A stretch of 42,392 bases of DNA, taken from contig NW_021835171.1 of the NCBI RefSeq assembly GCF_006345805.1, positions 1 to 42,392 of the forward strand, in the 5' to 3' direction. The translations under genes and the position numbers were made by a program. Below, piece after piece: positions 11,516-22,729 of the stretch. The notes under the pieces were generated by a model. The model did not search any database. It was not told where the DNA came from and saw only the letters and a list, made by a program, of their open reading frames with translations. The stretch's first letter is position 1. The number at the start of each line of letters is the position of its first letter. The stretch is from Octopus sinensis. Taxonomy: Eukaryota.

Positions 11516-12090
11516 ATATTTACCCTACCCACTAAGTGGCCATTTCTTACTCTTTAACGATCACCAACCGAAACCCCTGGATGCAGACTAATCAATCGCG
11601 CCTAAACCGAATTAGAAACAGCTAACGTGCAAATCCGGTAATTGATTTTACTTGGTATATAAAAGAAAATGTCAAATCCCTTTTCTGTATGGAACAGTAT
11701 CTCGCTAATAGACAAGGTTAACAACATTAGCGACTAACAACTCTGTAAATATACCCAGTTCGATAATACTGGCTATTTATCCCACCCCCCAATCACCACC
11801 CTTATAAGATACAATAAATACTCAAGAGGTCATCAATTATAGCAGGGAATCGAATGTTGGGGAGAAATTATCGACAGGTCATTAAATCGAACGACGAGTC
11901 ACCAAATGTAACATAGAAGACAATGTGGTGGTCAGATTGTTATTATTGAATGAAGATAAAGACGGTGATATTTTCTTAAATTAACATATTTACTCGAGTT
12001 ATTTTACAATCTGACGATTGTTAAAATGTGCTAGAGAAAATCTTAGTCGAATGCCTTATGTGTGAACGTATTATATTTAGAGTCACTTTC

Positions 12091-12144
<54 letters not shown>

Positions 12145-12226
12145 CGCGCGTGTGTATACACAAATACATATATACATATATACATAGTGAGTCAAAAGTA
12201 GCGCCCAATTCCTGTTTTAGGGTTGA

Positions 12227-12774
12227 CTAGCAGCATAGCCCGGCGTTGCCCGGGTATGTAAGAGCCCCTAGTAGGCAATGACTAATCCCAATCTAGTCCT
12301 TTCCCTCTAGGGAACGAATGCGCAAGTGTAGGTTGCAATGTCTTCTGCGTATACGACGTTCCTATCTGTCCCTTTGGGCGAAAACGCGATTTCCCAAAAT
12401 GGCATGATTTTATCGATTTTTTCTGATGGTAAGGTATTGCATGGAAAACTAACGTCAGAATTAAGTTTCTTAGGGTAACATTAAGCTTCACCATGAGTTT
12501 GGTGAAAATCGATTGCAAGTTGCGAAAACTACAACAGAAAATGTGTTGCATATAAAAAGCTGAGATTCTCGACCCCATGTCGAATTTATCGATTTTTTTC
12601 AGAACTGAGGGAACTTTTCAAAATTTTCGCTGCGTTAGTTTTGAATTATGACATTGGGCGAAGTTTGTGTTTAGTTTCATCAGAATCGGTTGAAAGCCGT
12701 GGTCAGGGTGAGGGTACAACCTATCAGACACACAGACACACAGACAGACAAACTGCCATTTATATAGAGAGAGA
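12227..12774 (-). mobile_element. Complete non-autonomous Helitron
   Basis: Minus strand A|TCTCTCTCTATATAAATGGCAG 5' end; CCCGGGCAACGCCGGG hairpin, then CTAG|T. Confidence 0.9.
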
Positions 12775-12921
12775 TATGTAAGATTCCCAACTGGGAGATA
12801 TTTTTGACTCCTAACTCTTGTTCTATGGGTTGGGATATCAAGGAGTATTAACAACATGATACATGTCACTTTTTTGTATCACCTAAGTCTGAATGTTTTG
12901 CATTCTTATCCCATTTTTGTA

Positions 12922-12980
<59 letters not shown>

Positions 12981-14221
12981 TATAATGTTGTTGCAGCATG
13001 GCCGCAGTCAAATGACTGAAACAAATAAAAGAATAAAAAATAAAATCAAACAAACAATAGCATCCCACTGTAAAGTAATCCGCCAGGTGCAATTGTGGCA
13101 TCTCTCAAAAGAAGATAGGATCAAATCCTTACTTGTAACAAAATGGCGTTATATTATTGAATATTCTGAAGTTCCATTTTGATGTCAACCGACTTTTCAT
13201 ATGGTTGGCTGATATATATGTTGGGTTATGTGTTTGCTGAACGGGTGATGTATTTGTGACACCAGACTCAAGATGTGACTGGCTGAAATAAATGTCGGGA
13301 AGTCTACTTGATGGTCTGTGTAGACGGCTTTGTAATTGATGTTATGTAATATCAAATATAGGATTGTTGGTTTAAAACCATATCTTAATTCAAGCAACGA
13401 ATCTTGGCAGAGGCGCTTGAGGATAATGGATCGATACCGAGTCGTTCTTTAATAAATCTGTTCTTAAACGTGAATATGTGCGTGTTATATTCAAAGCCTG
13501 TATTATGGAGTCATTTGAATGCCAGAGTTGTGTGTGTGTGTGTACACTCAGCTAGTAAGTATTTCGGTTGTAATATCAGAGGTCATAATGCTGCAGAGGT
13601 GGATGAAAAACATAGGCAACCGGCCAACCAACACGAATCATGCAACCTCAGAATTCGTGAGAATTGCTCTCTTCATGATAACTGTTTGACAAAGTTGGTA
13701 GTGTACAGTGTGAAAGTATGAATCTAAATTATACACTGTGGTAACTGCATTAACATTCAAAAAACGACATGAAAGGCACAAACATTCATTTTGTCAGGCC
13801 TGATAAAAATGTGCTACGGCTTTCTCGAAATTAATATGGTTGTTATGTGATGCATGTTTTCACGAATTCAGAATTATTTGATCGATTGAAAATAAGGCAC
13901 AACTGTAGAGGAGCGGCAGCTACAAGTGAAACATGCTGTATGACCTTTGAGTGAAAAATTAAGAATTGCTTCATAGAAGTAACGGCTTTAACAAAAGAAC
14001 TGGGTTATAAGCGCCTTGTGTGCACGAAGCTAAGTATCTTTTGTGTAAGTTCCAGCTTCCTTAGTTCGGGCAGTAAAAAAAATATGTTTGTTTCGAAACG
14101 TTTTCAAAATATTGTTTTTTCTAAATATTAAACAACAACGGTATTTCATGAGGACAGTTCTTTGAGTAACCTTATATGGAGATTAAGACGTTTTGATAGA
14201 AATTAAATGGAAAACTTAGGG

Positions 14222-14360
14222 TTTAAAAACAGCTGAGTTGACTGGAGTAACGAGCAGTTATTAACCTTGCTCAAGGACGCATCGCGCTACCCAGGTCAGG
14301 AATCGAATTCATAACCTTATAATAGTGAGACCCACACCCTAACTACATGGCTACACACGA
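14222..14360 (-). mobile_element. SINE family C head and core, diverged
   Basis: CAGCTGAGTTGACTGGAG...CCTTGCTCAAGG...GGAATCGAA on the plus strand. Confidence 0.7.
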
Positions 14361-14569
14361 TATATATATATATATATATATATACATGTGTGTGTGTGTA
14401 CATGCACCTCCGTACCCTGCAGGGGTACCACAAGGTCGTACCATGCCAGAATAATTATTATCTAACTTTTATTTTAATGTTGTGTTTTTGCAAATTAAAC
14501 GGTTAATGGTGGATCTCTTTTAATGAACCAGAGAACACCCCTCCGGTGGAGATCCTGGCTACGCCCATA

Positions 14570-15210
14570 CATTTGATATGAGTGTATGTATGGGTATGCG
14601 CGCGCGTGTGCACACACACGAACACACACATATATACATACATGCATGCATTTATATATACATATATATGTATTATGTATTTATATGAGTATATATACAT
14701 GTTTGTGTGTGTGTATATATGTGTGTGTATGTATAATATATAATGATATGTAAATGCATAAATATGTGTGTATGTGTAATATATAATGATGTAATTCATA
14801 AATATATGTACACATACGTTCATATGTGTGTATACATATATATGTCTATGTATGCATGTATATATGTACATACATACAAACATACATACATACACACACA
14901 CATACATACTTACATACATACACACACACACATACATACATACATACATACATACATACATACATACATACATACATACATACATACATACATACATGCA
15001 TACATACTTACATACATACACACACACATACATACATACATACATACATACATACATACACACATACATACTACATACATACATACATACATACATACAT
15101 ACATACATACATACATCATACATACATGCATACATACTTACATACATACACACACACATACATACATACATACATACATACATACACACATACATACATA
15201 CATACATACG
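14570..15210. repeat. (CATA)n/(CA)n/(TA)n microsatellite field
   Basis: Direct inspection. Confidence 0.95.
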
Positions 15211-15282
15211 TGCATAGTCACAAGAACATCCTGTCAGTCTTAATGCAACTCCTATTTTACCGAAAGCCATCCGAGCCCTCAA

Positions 15283-15309
15283 TGACGTCATCGGCGCGTC
15301 ACTTCCGGT
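15283..15309. promoter_or_regulatory. CRE palindrome next to an overlapping ETS/half-CRE motif
   Basis: TGACGTCA at 15283-15290; GCGTCACTTCCGG (minus CCGGAAGTGACGC) at 15296-15308, within a CpG-rich patch. Confidence 0.4.
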
Positions 15310-15707
15310 GCAAGGACTTGAATCTACTCTAACCGCTGCAGCAGAGAGAACTGCCCCTGAGCGGTGAACCACGGTTCTGACCCAGTTTTTTTTCTTCCGC
15401 CCCTTCTCTACCAACTCTATCGTCTCTTCTCACAGCCTTCACCATCGACACAACCACCTTCACCACCGACACTAAACACGTACGCACAAACACATTCACA
15501 TATTTTCACAATTACTACCATCGACACCGCTACTTTCAGTTCATCACCACCACGACCAACGTAATCATCATCATCGTCGTTGCCGTCATAGTTATCATAA
15601 CCATCATTTTTGTCGTCTCTCATCACCCTCTAGTCATCGTCGTCGTCACCACCACTACCACCACCACCACCACTATTACTACCACTACTGCAACTGCCAC
15701 CACCACC

Positions 15708-15940
15708 TATTTCTTTATTACCCACAAGGGGTTAAACATAGAGGGGACAAACAAGGACAGACATAGGTATTAAGTCGATTACATCGACCCCAGTGCGTAA
15801 CTGGTCCTTAATTTATCGACCCCGAAAGGATGAAAGGTAAAGTCGACCTTGGCGGAATTTGAACTCACAACATAACGGCAGACGAAATACCGCTAAGCAT
15901 TTCGCCCGGCGTGCTAACGTTTCTGCCAGCTCGCCGCCTT
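15708..15940 (-). mobile_element. SINE family B, full length, with Tx1-like tail; inserted in a (CAC)n tract
   Basis: Minus AAGGCGGCGAGCTGGCAGAAACG...GAGTTCAAATTCC...TTGTGGGTAATAAAGAAATA. Confidence 0.9.
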
Positions 15941-16734
15941 ACCATCACCACCACCACCACCAATACCATCCCCAACATCATATCGCTATTATCAATGAAC
16001 ATATTTCACTCGGAATCGAACCCACATAACTCTATCGGCATTTTGGTCCTCCTCACTACCACAGCAGCCACAATATTATCACCATAATCACCACCACAAC
16101 TATCCCTTTCATTCTAACACGTTTTATTCTTGACTATTCTTTCATTCATGTACATCCAGCGACAACAGTAGTTATGCTTGTGCGCGTTTAGAGGGCGGAA
16201 TGTGAAGGTGATTTGGCTGCTAGTAATAGCACGTCGAGGTACCCTGTAGACAGCTCTTTCATTCGCACCAGGCTTTTTAAAATGCTCTGAGTCCCGTTAA
16301 TTGCAATACTTATAGGTTTGAGAATCAGCTAAAATCACGCCAATTTCATTAATATTCCTACAGGCTAATGAGGTAGACCTCTTCATGATATCTAGACCTT
16401 GTAGAAATACTAACCAATTCTCCGTCAAATCATTCCTTACTCTCCCATGTATGCAATCATTGTATGAATATCATTATTCAGTTTTATTTCAAGATTTTTT
16501 TGCCAATAGAGGAGTCGGTTTTTAACCTAGATCCAAGGTTCCTTTATTGGAATTTCAACATCAACAGGTTATTTTTGTATGTATGTATGTATGTATGTAT
16601 GTATGTATGTATGTATGTATGTATGTATGTATGTATGTATGTATGTATGTATGTATGTATATGTATATTTGTATGTATCTGTGTGTGTGTGTATGTGTGC
16701 ATGTATGACTGGATATATATATACGTATATAGAT

Positions 16735-17012
16735 GCGGACGTGGGTGGGTGATAAGTTTGTCGTTCACCCACGTTTCCATATTCAGTTCTACTGCGTGGC
16801 ACCTTGGGCAAGTATTTTCTGTTGTATCCCATGGCAGCCAAAGCTCCGCGGGTAGATTTGGTAGAAAGAAACTGAAAGAACCCCGCGTATGTCTATGTAT
16901 GTGTGTGTCTTCTACTTGTATCTGTACCCCATCTTCACTCGACAGCCGATATTGGTTTGTTAACGTCCCCGTAACAAGAGAGGGAGAGAAAGAGATCGAT
17001 AGTAAGTACTAG
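16735..17012 (+). mobile_element. SINE family A, diverged
   Basis: CACCTTGGGCAAGTA...GATTTGGTAGAAAGAAACTGAAAGAA. Confidence 0.75.
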
Positions 17013-17355
17013 GTTAAAAAAAAAGAAACTGCATCTATAATACATAACTTAGAAGCAGCGTTGCAGATGTGCCAACACACACGAGCGCGAGACATGGCCG
17101 CCCTTACGCACTTCTCATGAAAAGAATTCCGGAAAAAGCTTCGTGAGACCAATGCAGAGGCGCTTCCGAAAAAAAAAAAAAAATTCAGTAACCGTTGGAA
17201 AACCGATTATAGTAGTGACTCGATCAATTCCTCAGCGATATCTGAAGAAGGAATTCTTATATTTCAAAATGTTATTATATCAGGCTATGGATAATTAAAT
17301 TATAACGGTTATTATAGTCCACTCTGCATTGTTGTGCCATTCAAGACACGTTATA

Positions 17356-17416
<61 letters not shown>

Positions 17417-18361
17417 TATATATATATATTTGTGTGTGTGCGTGTGTGTAGCAAAAATTTATAATACAAGACGATGGGATGAACAGGCTTTAATCCAATT
17501 CACAACAGTGGTTTCAGCTGTTAGCTGAGTGTTTCACAAATGATACATATTATTACATATGATGCAAATATGAACCAGCAATAGCTGTATACTCACATGT
17601 CATCAGGTGAGTGACTTAGAGAACGTTGCTGGATCACCGATAGTTTCCCATTCATATATTCATATTCTATTTTTAGCTTTCCCTTGACGAAGAGCAACAC
17701 ATAGATTCCAATAGACACAAGTTATAAAAAATGCTAAATAAATTAATGGTAATAAAGATCAAAAACGTAAATTATAAAATAAATAAATATACCAAAATTA
17801 ATGAATGGAAATTACAAATCTGTAGTATAAAATATAAATGAACAAAACCTCAAATGCAGCCTTTTCTTTCGCACAGACATGTCTCGCCTCTTATGAAGAT
17901 AGATTAACACTCTAAGGTAATAATGTTGTCACCATATGAACTAGAAGAATTGCTTATCTCTTGTGTCTGAAAGTGTTTTACTTCAAAGGACATGTGGTCA
18001 GCTTATTATTCTAGCGGGATATTGACTTGTCCTGCCAGTCTGCTCATAAATTTAACTGTTCTTGGCTCCTATCGCAGTCGCTTAATCGTTCATTAATAGT
18101 TGCTATCACACAGAAAAAATTCATTCTCCCGCACATTTACACACATGCGCGCGCGCGTTCATTCACTTGGTGTATAAATAGAAATATATATAAATTAAAG
18201 GAAGGGGAAAACAAAACCAAGGCAGGACAAACTTATCGGATCATTTTAATTATTTTAATGATGAATCGAAGTAAGCAAAATACATACATACATACATACA
18301 TACATACATACATACATACTACTGACGATTCCTCTCGCTTCACAGTGTGAAGTCAAATCAA

Positions 18362-18916
18362 TAATTTTCCGTCCCACGCATCCATTAGAAGAAGAGGAAC
18401 AAAAAGAGGTGCAGGGAGCAAGATCGGATGAAAATGGAGGGTGGATAAAGGGGACGATGCCTTTTTGGTCAAAAACTGTCTCATACTAAAGGTATTGTGC
18501 GAAAGTGCACTGTCGTGATGAAACCACCAGTTTCCGCTTTAGCCACAGGTCGGGGCGTTTTCATTTCGCAAACGCTTCAGACTTGCCTAGCCAAATGTCT
18601 GGTTAACTGTTTGACCAGGAGGAACAAATGCTGTGTGGACAATTCTTTTCGCATCGATGAAGCAAATCAGCATCGCTTTGACATTGGACTTCACTTGACA
18701 CACTTTTGGAGAGCGTGGTGACATTGAATGCTTCTATTGACTTTATTGCTGCTTCGTTTCTGGATCGTAGCCGTAGCACCAGCTTTCGTCACCTGTGATT
18801 ACCTTCGAAAAAAGGTTCGGATCAACTTCAAACTGTTCTTTCAGTTCACGACATGCATTCGGTCCTGACTACTTTTGATCTTCTGTGAGCAAGCGAGGCA
18901 CAAATTTAGTTGCAAT
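18362..18916 (-). mobile_element. Mariner (DD34D-type) transposase pseudogene fragment
   Basis: Minus translation KFVPRLLT...VITGDESWCYGYDPETKQQ...FVPPGQTVN...HHD...HPPFSSDLAP, with stops and frameshifts. Confidence 0.9.
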
Positions 18917-19019
18917 AATGAAAACCACATAATTCAGGTAAATAAGAGTATAATCTTTTCGGTGGAAGTAATCACCAAATCATAATGACACTTTTCAGAA
19001 AGAAAGGATCGATATAACA

Positions 19020-19362
19020 TTGAACATTACATGTTCTCTGTAAATTCCAGAAATGAGCTCTTACGTCTATGGTTATATGTTAAAATAATTCGGGAGTTTG
19101 TCGATTACTTTATCATGACGTTATATCAATATAATATCATATCAAGTGTCTCCTCAAGGCAGAGGCTAGATTACCTTTGAATATGCGTTATATGATTTTG
19201 CATATCACATTATTGTCCAAGTCGTGCTGTATTGTATTTTCTTTCCGTTTGAGGTCCTATATGAGGTCTACAAGATATGTGCATTGCCCTTTGCAGCTGA
19301 TCGTAAATGATGCTGCATGGTTCCTCCAACGGTTCTTGAAGGTTACCGTTAACTGCACCTAT
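19020..19362 (-). mobile_element. Penelope-like element, GIY-YIG C-terminal remnant (family 2)
   Basis: Minus FIGAVNG-FKNRWRNH..SF...I*DLK...W.I...KSYN....LCLEE...PELF...HRRK, with frameshifts. Confidence 0.7.
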
Positions 19363-19513
19363 AAATGCTTATATATGTGCACTTATTTTTACAGTACATT
19401 TATATATAATGTTTCTACGTGAACATTTATTCACCAAAGAACATGCTATTTTATCTCTACAATTGAATTTTTTTATATCATGATTTGATATATATATATA
19501 TATATTATATATA

Positions 19514-19555
<42 letters not shown>

Positions 19556-19576
19556 TATATATTATATATATATATT

Positions 19577-19758
19577 CTTTTATTCTTTTACTTGTTTCAG
19601 TCATTTGACTGCGGCCATATATATATATGCGACGGGCTTGTTTCAATTTCCGTCTGCCAAATCCACTCACAAGGCTTTGGTCGGCCGGAGGCCATAGTAG
19701 AAGACGCTTGCCCAATGTACCACGCAGTGGGACTGAACCCGGTACCATGTGGTTGGTA
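19577..19758 (-). mobile_element. SINE family A, internally deleted
   Basis: Tail end joined almost directly to the 5' half; the middle is missing. Confidence 0.8.
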
Positions 19759-19759
19759 A

Positions 19760-19791
<32 letters not shown>

Positions 19792-19792
19792 C

Positions 19793-19825
<33 letters not shown>

Positions 19826-20269
19826 AGAGAGAGCAATAAGAAAATGGAGGGGATTAATAGGTGGTTTATCAACTTTTAGACATTATATTACGTCAATTTA
19901 TTCATTTACTTAAAATGACAATTACAAAATATATCTCTTTACCCTCTCCCATTTAGTACACTCGGTAATGTAATTGCAATGCAATAAAAAGCACTTGTGT
20001 ATTAATAATTGGGTATTCTACCGGCAGTATATTGGATAGATATCCCTTAGTTTGGTTGGATTCACAACATCTAACTTTCTTGGAGTTATATTTATATATA
20101 CACACATTAAGTACATCATCAACGACTAAAAAGTACGTGAACACACGAGAGATAAGTAGAGGACAAAATACCAACAAAAGATAACTCCTCGTCGGTTGTC
20201 AACTGTTTTACTACTCCCTATTTTGTGCATATGTGTGTGTATGTGTGTTTGTGTGTGTGTGTGTGTGTG

Positions 20270-20620
20270 TGCATGGTTGATGGGGATAGTGGCGAGTGGA
20301 CTGGTGGTGGTGAGAAATCAATGGAAACAACATCCCCCCTACCAACCCAATTGCCACCTTCATACACCACCACTCCAACCACCAGCCTCACGCCATCACA
20401 CAATACCACCACTGCTACCACCACACTTAAACCACCTCTCCAACCACCACCACCATTCCACACATGTCACCATCACCACACACCACCACCACTACACATA
20501 CACACCACACAAACATACACACGCCACCACCACCACCACCACACACACTACCATCCTATGCGCCACCACCACAATCACCATCATACACCACCGCTACCAT
20601 CACATACACTGCCATTATAA
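20270..20620. repeat. Degenerate (CAC)n low-complexity tract
   Basis: Direct inspection; similar tracts at 15420-15705 and 15940-16100. Confidence 0.85.
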
Positions 20621-20885
20621 TGGAAAAGTTAAAATAATAGATCCCAAATTATTTAAACCACAAGGTCTAGACTTAAATTAACAGGATGATATATTTTAAC
20701 TATTCATTAAAAGTTAATAAATTTAATAAACAAAAGAAAAAGCCAAAAAGAAAAGCAGCGAAAGGACTTTGACAAAAAGAAATCGATGTTTAATAAATTT
20801 GTGAAATTGAATCAGTGTGTGGCATGATGACCCTCCCTACACAACAAAATCATATAAAATTTACTGGAAAATAAATTGACTAATT

Positions 20886-20915
20886 GACACTTCTCAGGCT
20901 TTCGGTTAAGATCAA
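20886..20915 (+). pseudogene. U2: Possible 5' fragment of U2 snRNA
   Basis: CACTTCTCAGGCTTTCGGTTAAGATCAA vs U2 nt 3-30 CGCTTCTCGGCCTTTTGGCTAAGATCAA: 23/28 identical, ungapped. Confidence 0.5.
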
Positions 20916-21091
20916 TGGAAAATATGATCAATGTTTAATATACCTTACCACATCACAGCTGATTGTAAGCCCGGGAATTTAAAATCCCTTCACATCTGTG
21001 CCAGGAAGTCACTGCTCGCAACCCCCGTCCAACCGACTTCTTGAAGTAGTAGTAGTAGTAGTAGTAGGAGTAGTAGTAGTAGTAGTAGTAG

Positions 21092-21126
<35 letters not shown>

Positions 21127-21309
21127 TAGTAGTAGCAGCAGCAGCAGCAGCAGCAGTAATGGTTTCTAATTTTGACATCAGGGCAGCAATTTTAAATCGG
21201 CCACATGTCATAAAATGTCATTCTAGAAATTAACAATCACATCATTGGTGCGAAAATGGTACAAAATAATCCATGATTATATAGTTCTATATTTGAAAGA
21301 TGAGGAATT

Positions 21310-21462
21310 ATGTATATTATTTACATTTGACGGATATTTGTCCTCATCTTGTTTGTTGTTAACACAGCGTTTCGGCTGATATATTCTCCGTCCTTTATCA
21401 GGTGTCTTGGGGAAATTTCGAACCTGGGTTCTCATTCCTAAGGTATTTTACGATGTTATTAC

Positions 21463-21506
<44 letters not shown>

Positions 21507-21995
21507 TCACTGCCTGGAATCGAACACAGAATCTTGGAGTTAGTTTCCCGCGCTCTTAACCACTACGCCATGGGCGATTATGGAGTGAAGTTTTGGGCTT
21601 ATAAATCTAATATTTTCTTATCCTTCCTTAATACCGGTTCCCACATGCTACTAATATCTGCACTCGGTCTGCTTAAAAGGTTATTATGTCCTAGCATATG
21701 TGCTGCTTCTTTTAGTTTTCATATCTTCCAGTGGTGTTCTCTGTCGATAATTTTAACTTCATCCCACAAGGGGAGGTGGTCACCATTTTTCCATAGATGA
21801 TCAGCTATACCCGATTTATCAATATCTCCTCGTGTCACAGCTTTGCGATGTTCCTCTAGCCTTATTTTGAGGGGGCAGCATATTTCGCCTTTGTGTAACC
21901 TACCAAAGCTGTGGTCATATTCTCTTCTAGAGGTGGTTTTACTCAAAGAATAATACAACACTTCGCAAATATTTCCTTCGAGTAAAACTACCAAT
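21310..21995 (-). mobile_element. 5'-truncated Penelope-like element (family 1): GIY-YIG end, tRNA-like segment, (AAT)n, pseudo-LTR
   Basis: KGEICCPLKIRLEEHRKAV...ADHLW...LWDEVKIIDREHHWKI-KLKEAAHM; terminal repeat with a CTGATAA...CAGCCGAAACG motif at 21361-21406. Confidence 0.85.
21503..21577 (-). promoter_or_regulatory. tRNA-derived Pol III promoter-like segment inside the Penelope-like element
   Basis: A box TGGCGTAGTGG and B box GTTCGATTCC at tRNA-like spacing. Cloverleaf imperfect, so not called a tRNA gene. Confidence 0.7.
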
Positions 21996-22002
21996 AGAAA
22001 AT

Positions 22003-22014
22003 TTCAGGCAGTGA

Positions 22015-22076
<62 letters not shown>

Positions 22077-22660
22077 GCCCTGATGCAGTACCAGGCAGTA
22101 GCTCTCGTGGCTTCTGATCTTAACTGATTGGAAGTGTTATCATGTACATTGTTTTGTCTTGGTATAAAAGATGGGCTACAGCAAATATTCTGCTCAGTAC
22201 CACAGATTTTCTTGTCAGTTGTTTGACCTTAACCAGTTGACCATGTTCATTGGTGGCTGACAATGTGTTCATATCTGATCACGAGCAGAAGTAGTGGGGG
22301 AGCATCATAGCTGTGTGTTGAGAGGGATTCTTTGGGACCCCACCTGCAAGGTCTTGTGCTGTTTATCTTGATATGAGATCGCCATGTCGCGCACATATAG
22401 TTGTGATGCATGTGCCTAGTGTACCCTTATCAGACGGGTATGATGGGTATACTGGGCTTCGTATATTTTACCCCAGTGTCACTTTGATGGCATGCACTGC
22501 TCTCTCACTCAATAATAATAATAACAACAACAACAACGAGAACCCAGGTTCGAAATTTCCCCAAGACACCTGATGAAGGCTGGAGAGTGTATCAACCGGA
22601 ACGTTGTGTTAACAACAAACAAGATGAGGACAAATATCCGTCAAATGTAAATGCATCATT
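22003..22660 (+). mobile_element. Inverted copy of the Penelope-like terminus, interrupted by an insertion; hammerhead-like motif at 22565-22610
   Basis: CAGGCAGTGACCTG(AAT)n...GAGAACCCAGGTTCGAAATTTCCCCAAGACACCTGATGAAGGCTG...CCGTCAAATGTAAAT is the reverse complement of 21325-21520. Confidence 0.85.
22074..22512 (+). mobile_element. Retroposed repeat with an (AAT)n tail, inserted into the (AAT)n tract; family unassigned
   Basis: Splits the inverted terminus; flanked by (AAT)n on both sides; ends CTCTCTCACTC(AAT)n. Confidence 0.6.
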
Positions 22661-22729
22661 AATTCAAAATAATGTGAATGAATAAACATTAGATTCAGCA
22701 GAACAATCTGAATACTGAAGGGGATTGGG

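Noticed and set aside
11335-11591. Poly-Leu/Ser/Val ORFs resembling signal or transmembrane segments (also 20990-21211 and 21402-21800)
   Set aside because: Trinucleotide repeats.
13860-14030. Possible second mariner relic (ELGYKRLVC resembling LGYRKVCARW)
   Set aside because: One short motif only; no catalytic motifs or TIR.
14540-14566. GGGCGTAGCCAGG terminus reminiscent of a Harbinger-type MITE
   Set aside because: No partner inverted end or TSD found.
14503-15414. 303-aa ORF and the many other YI/HT/CV/LSIY-repeat ORFs (e.g. 7876-8286, 35433-35951, 39424-40125, 40486-40983)
   Set aside because: They are translations of stop-free (TA)n, (CATA)n, (TG)n and (TATC)n microsatellites.
17592-17920. 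Splice-like signals (CAG|GTGAGT at ~17608; 40-nt exon-like segment at ~17878-17917)
   Set aside because: No open frame or matching acceptor; such motifs are expected by chance.
20196-20681. His/Thr/Pro-rich ORFs
   Set aside because: Products of a (CAC)n tract; no splice signals or domain evidence.
21503-21577. Functional tRNA gene
   Set aside because: A and B boxes are present, but the acceptor, anticodon and T stems pair poorly; it is embedded in a mobile element.
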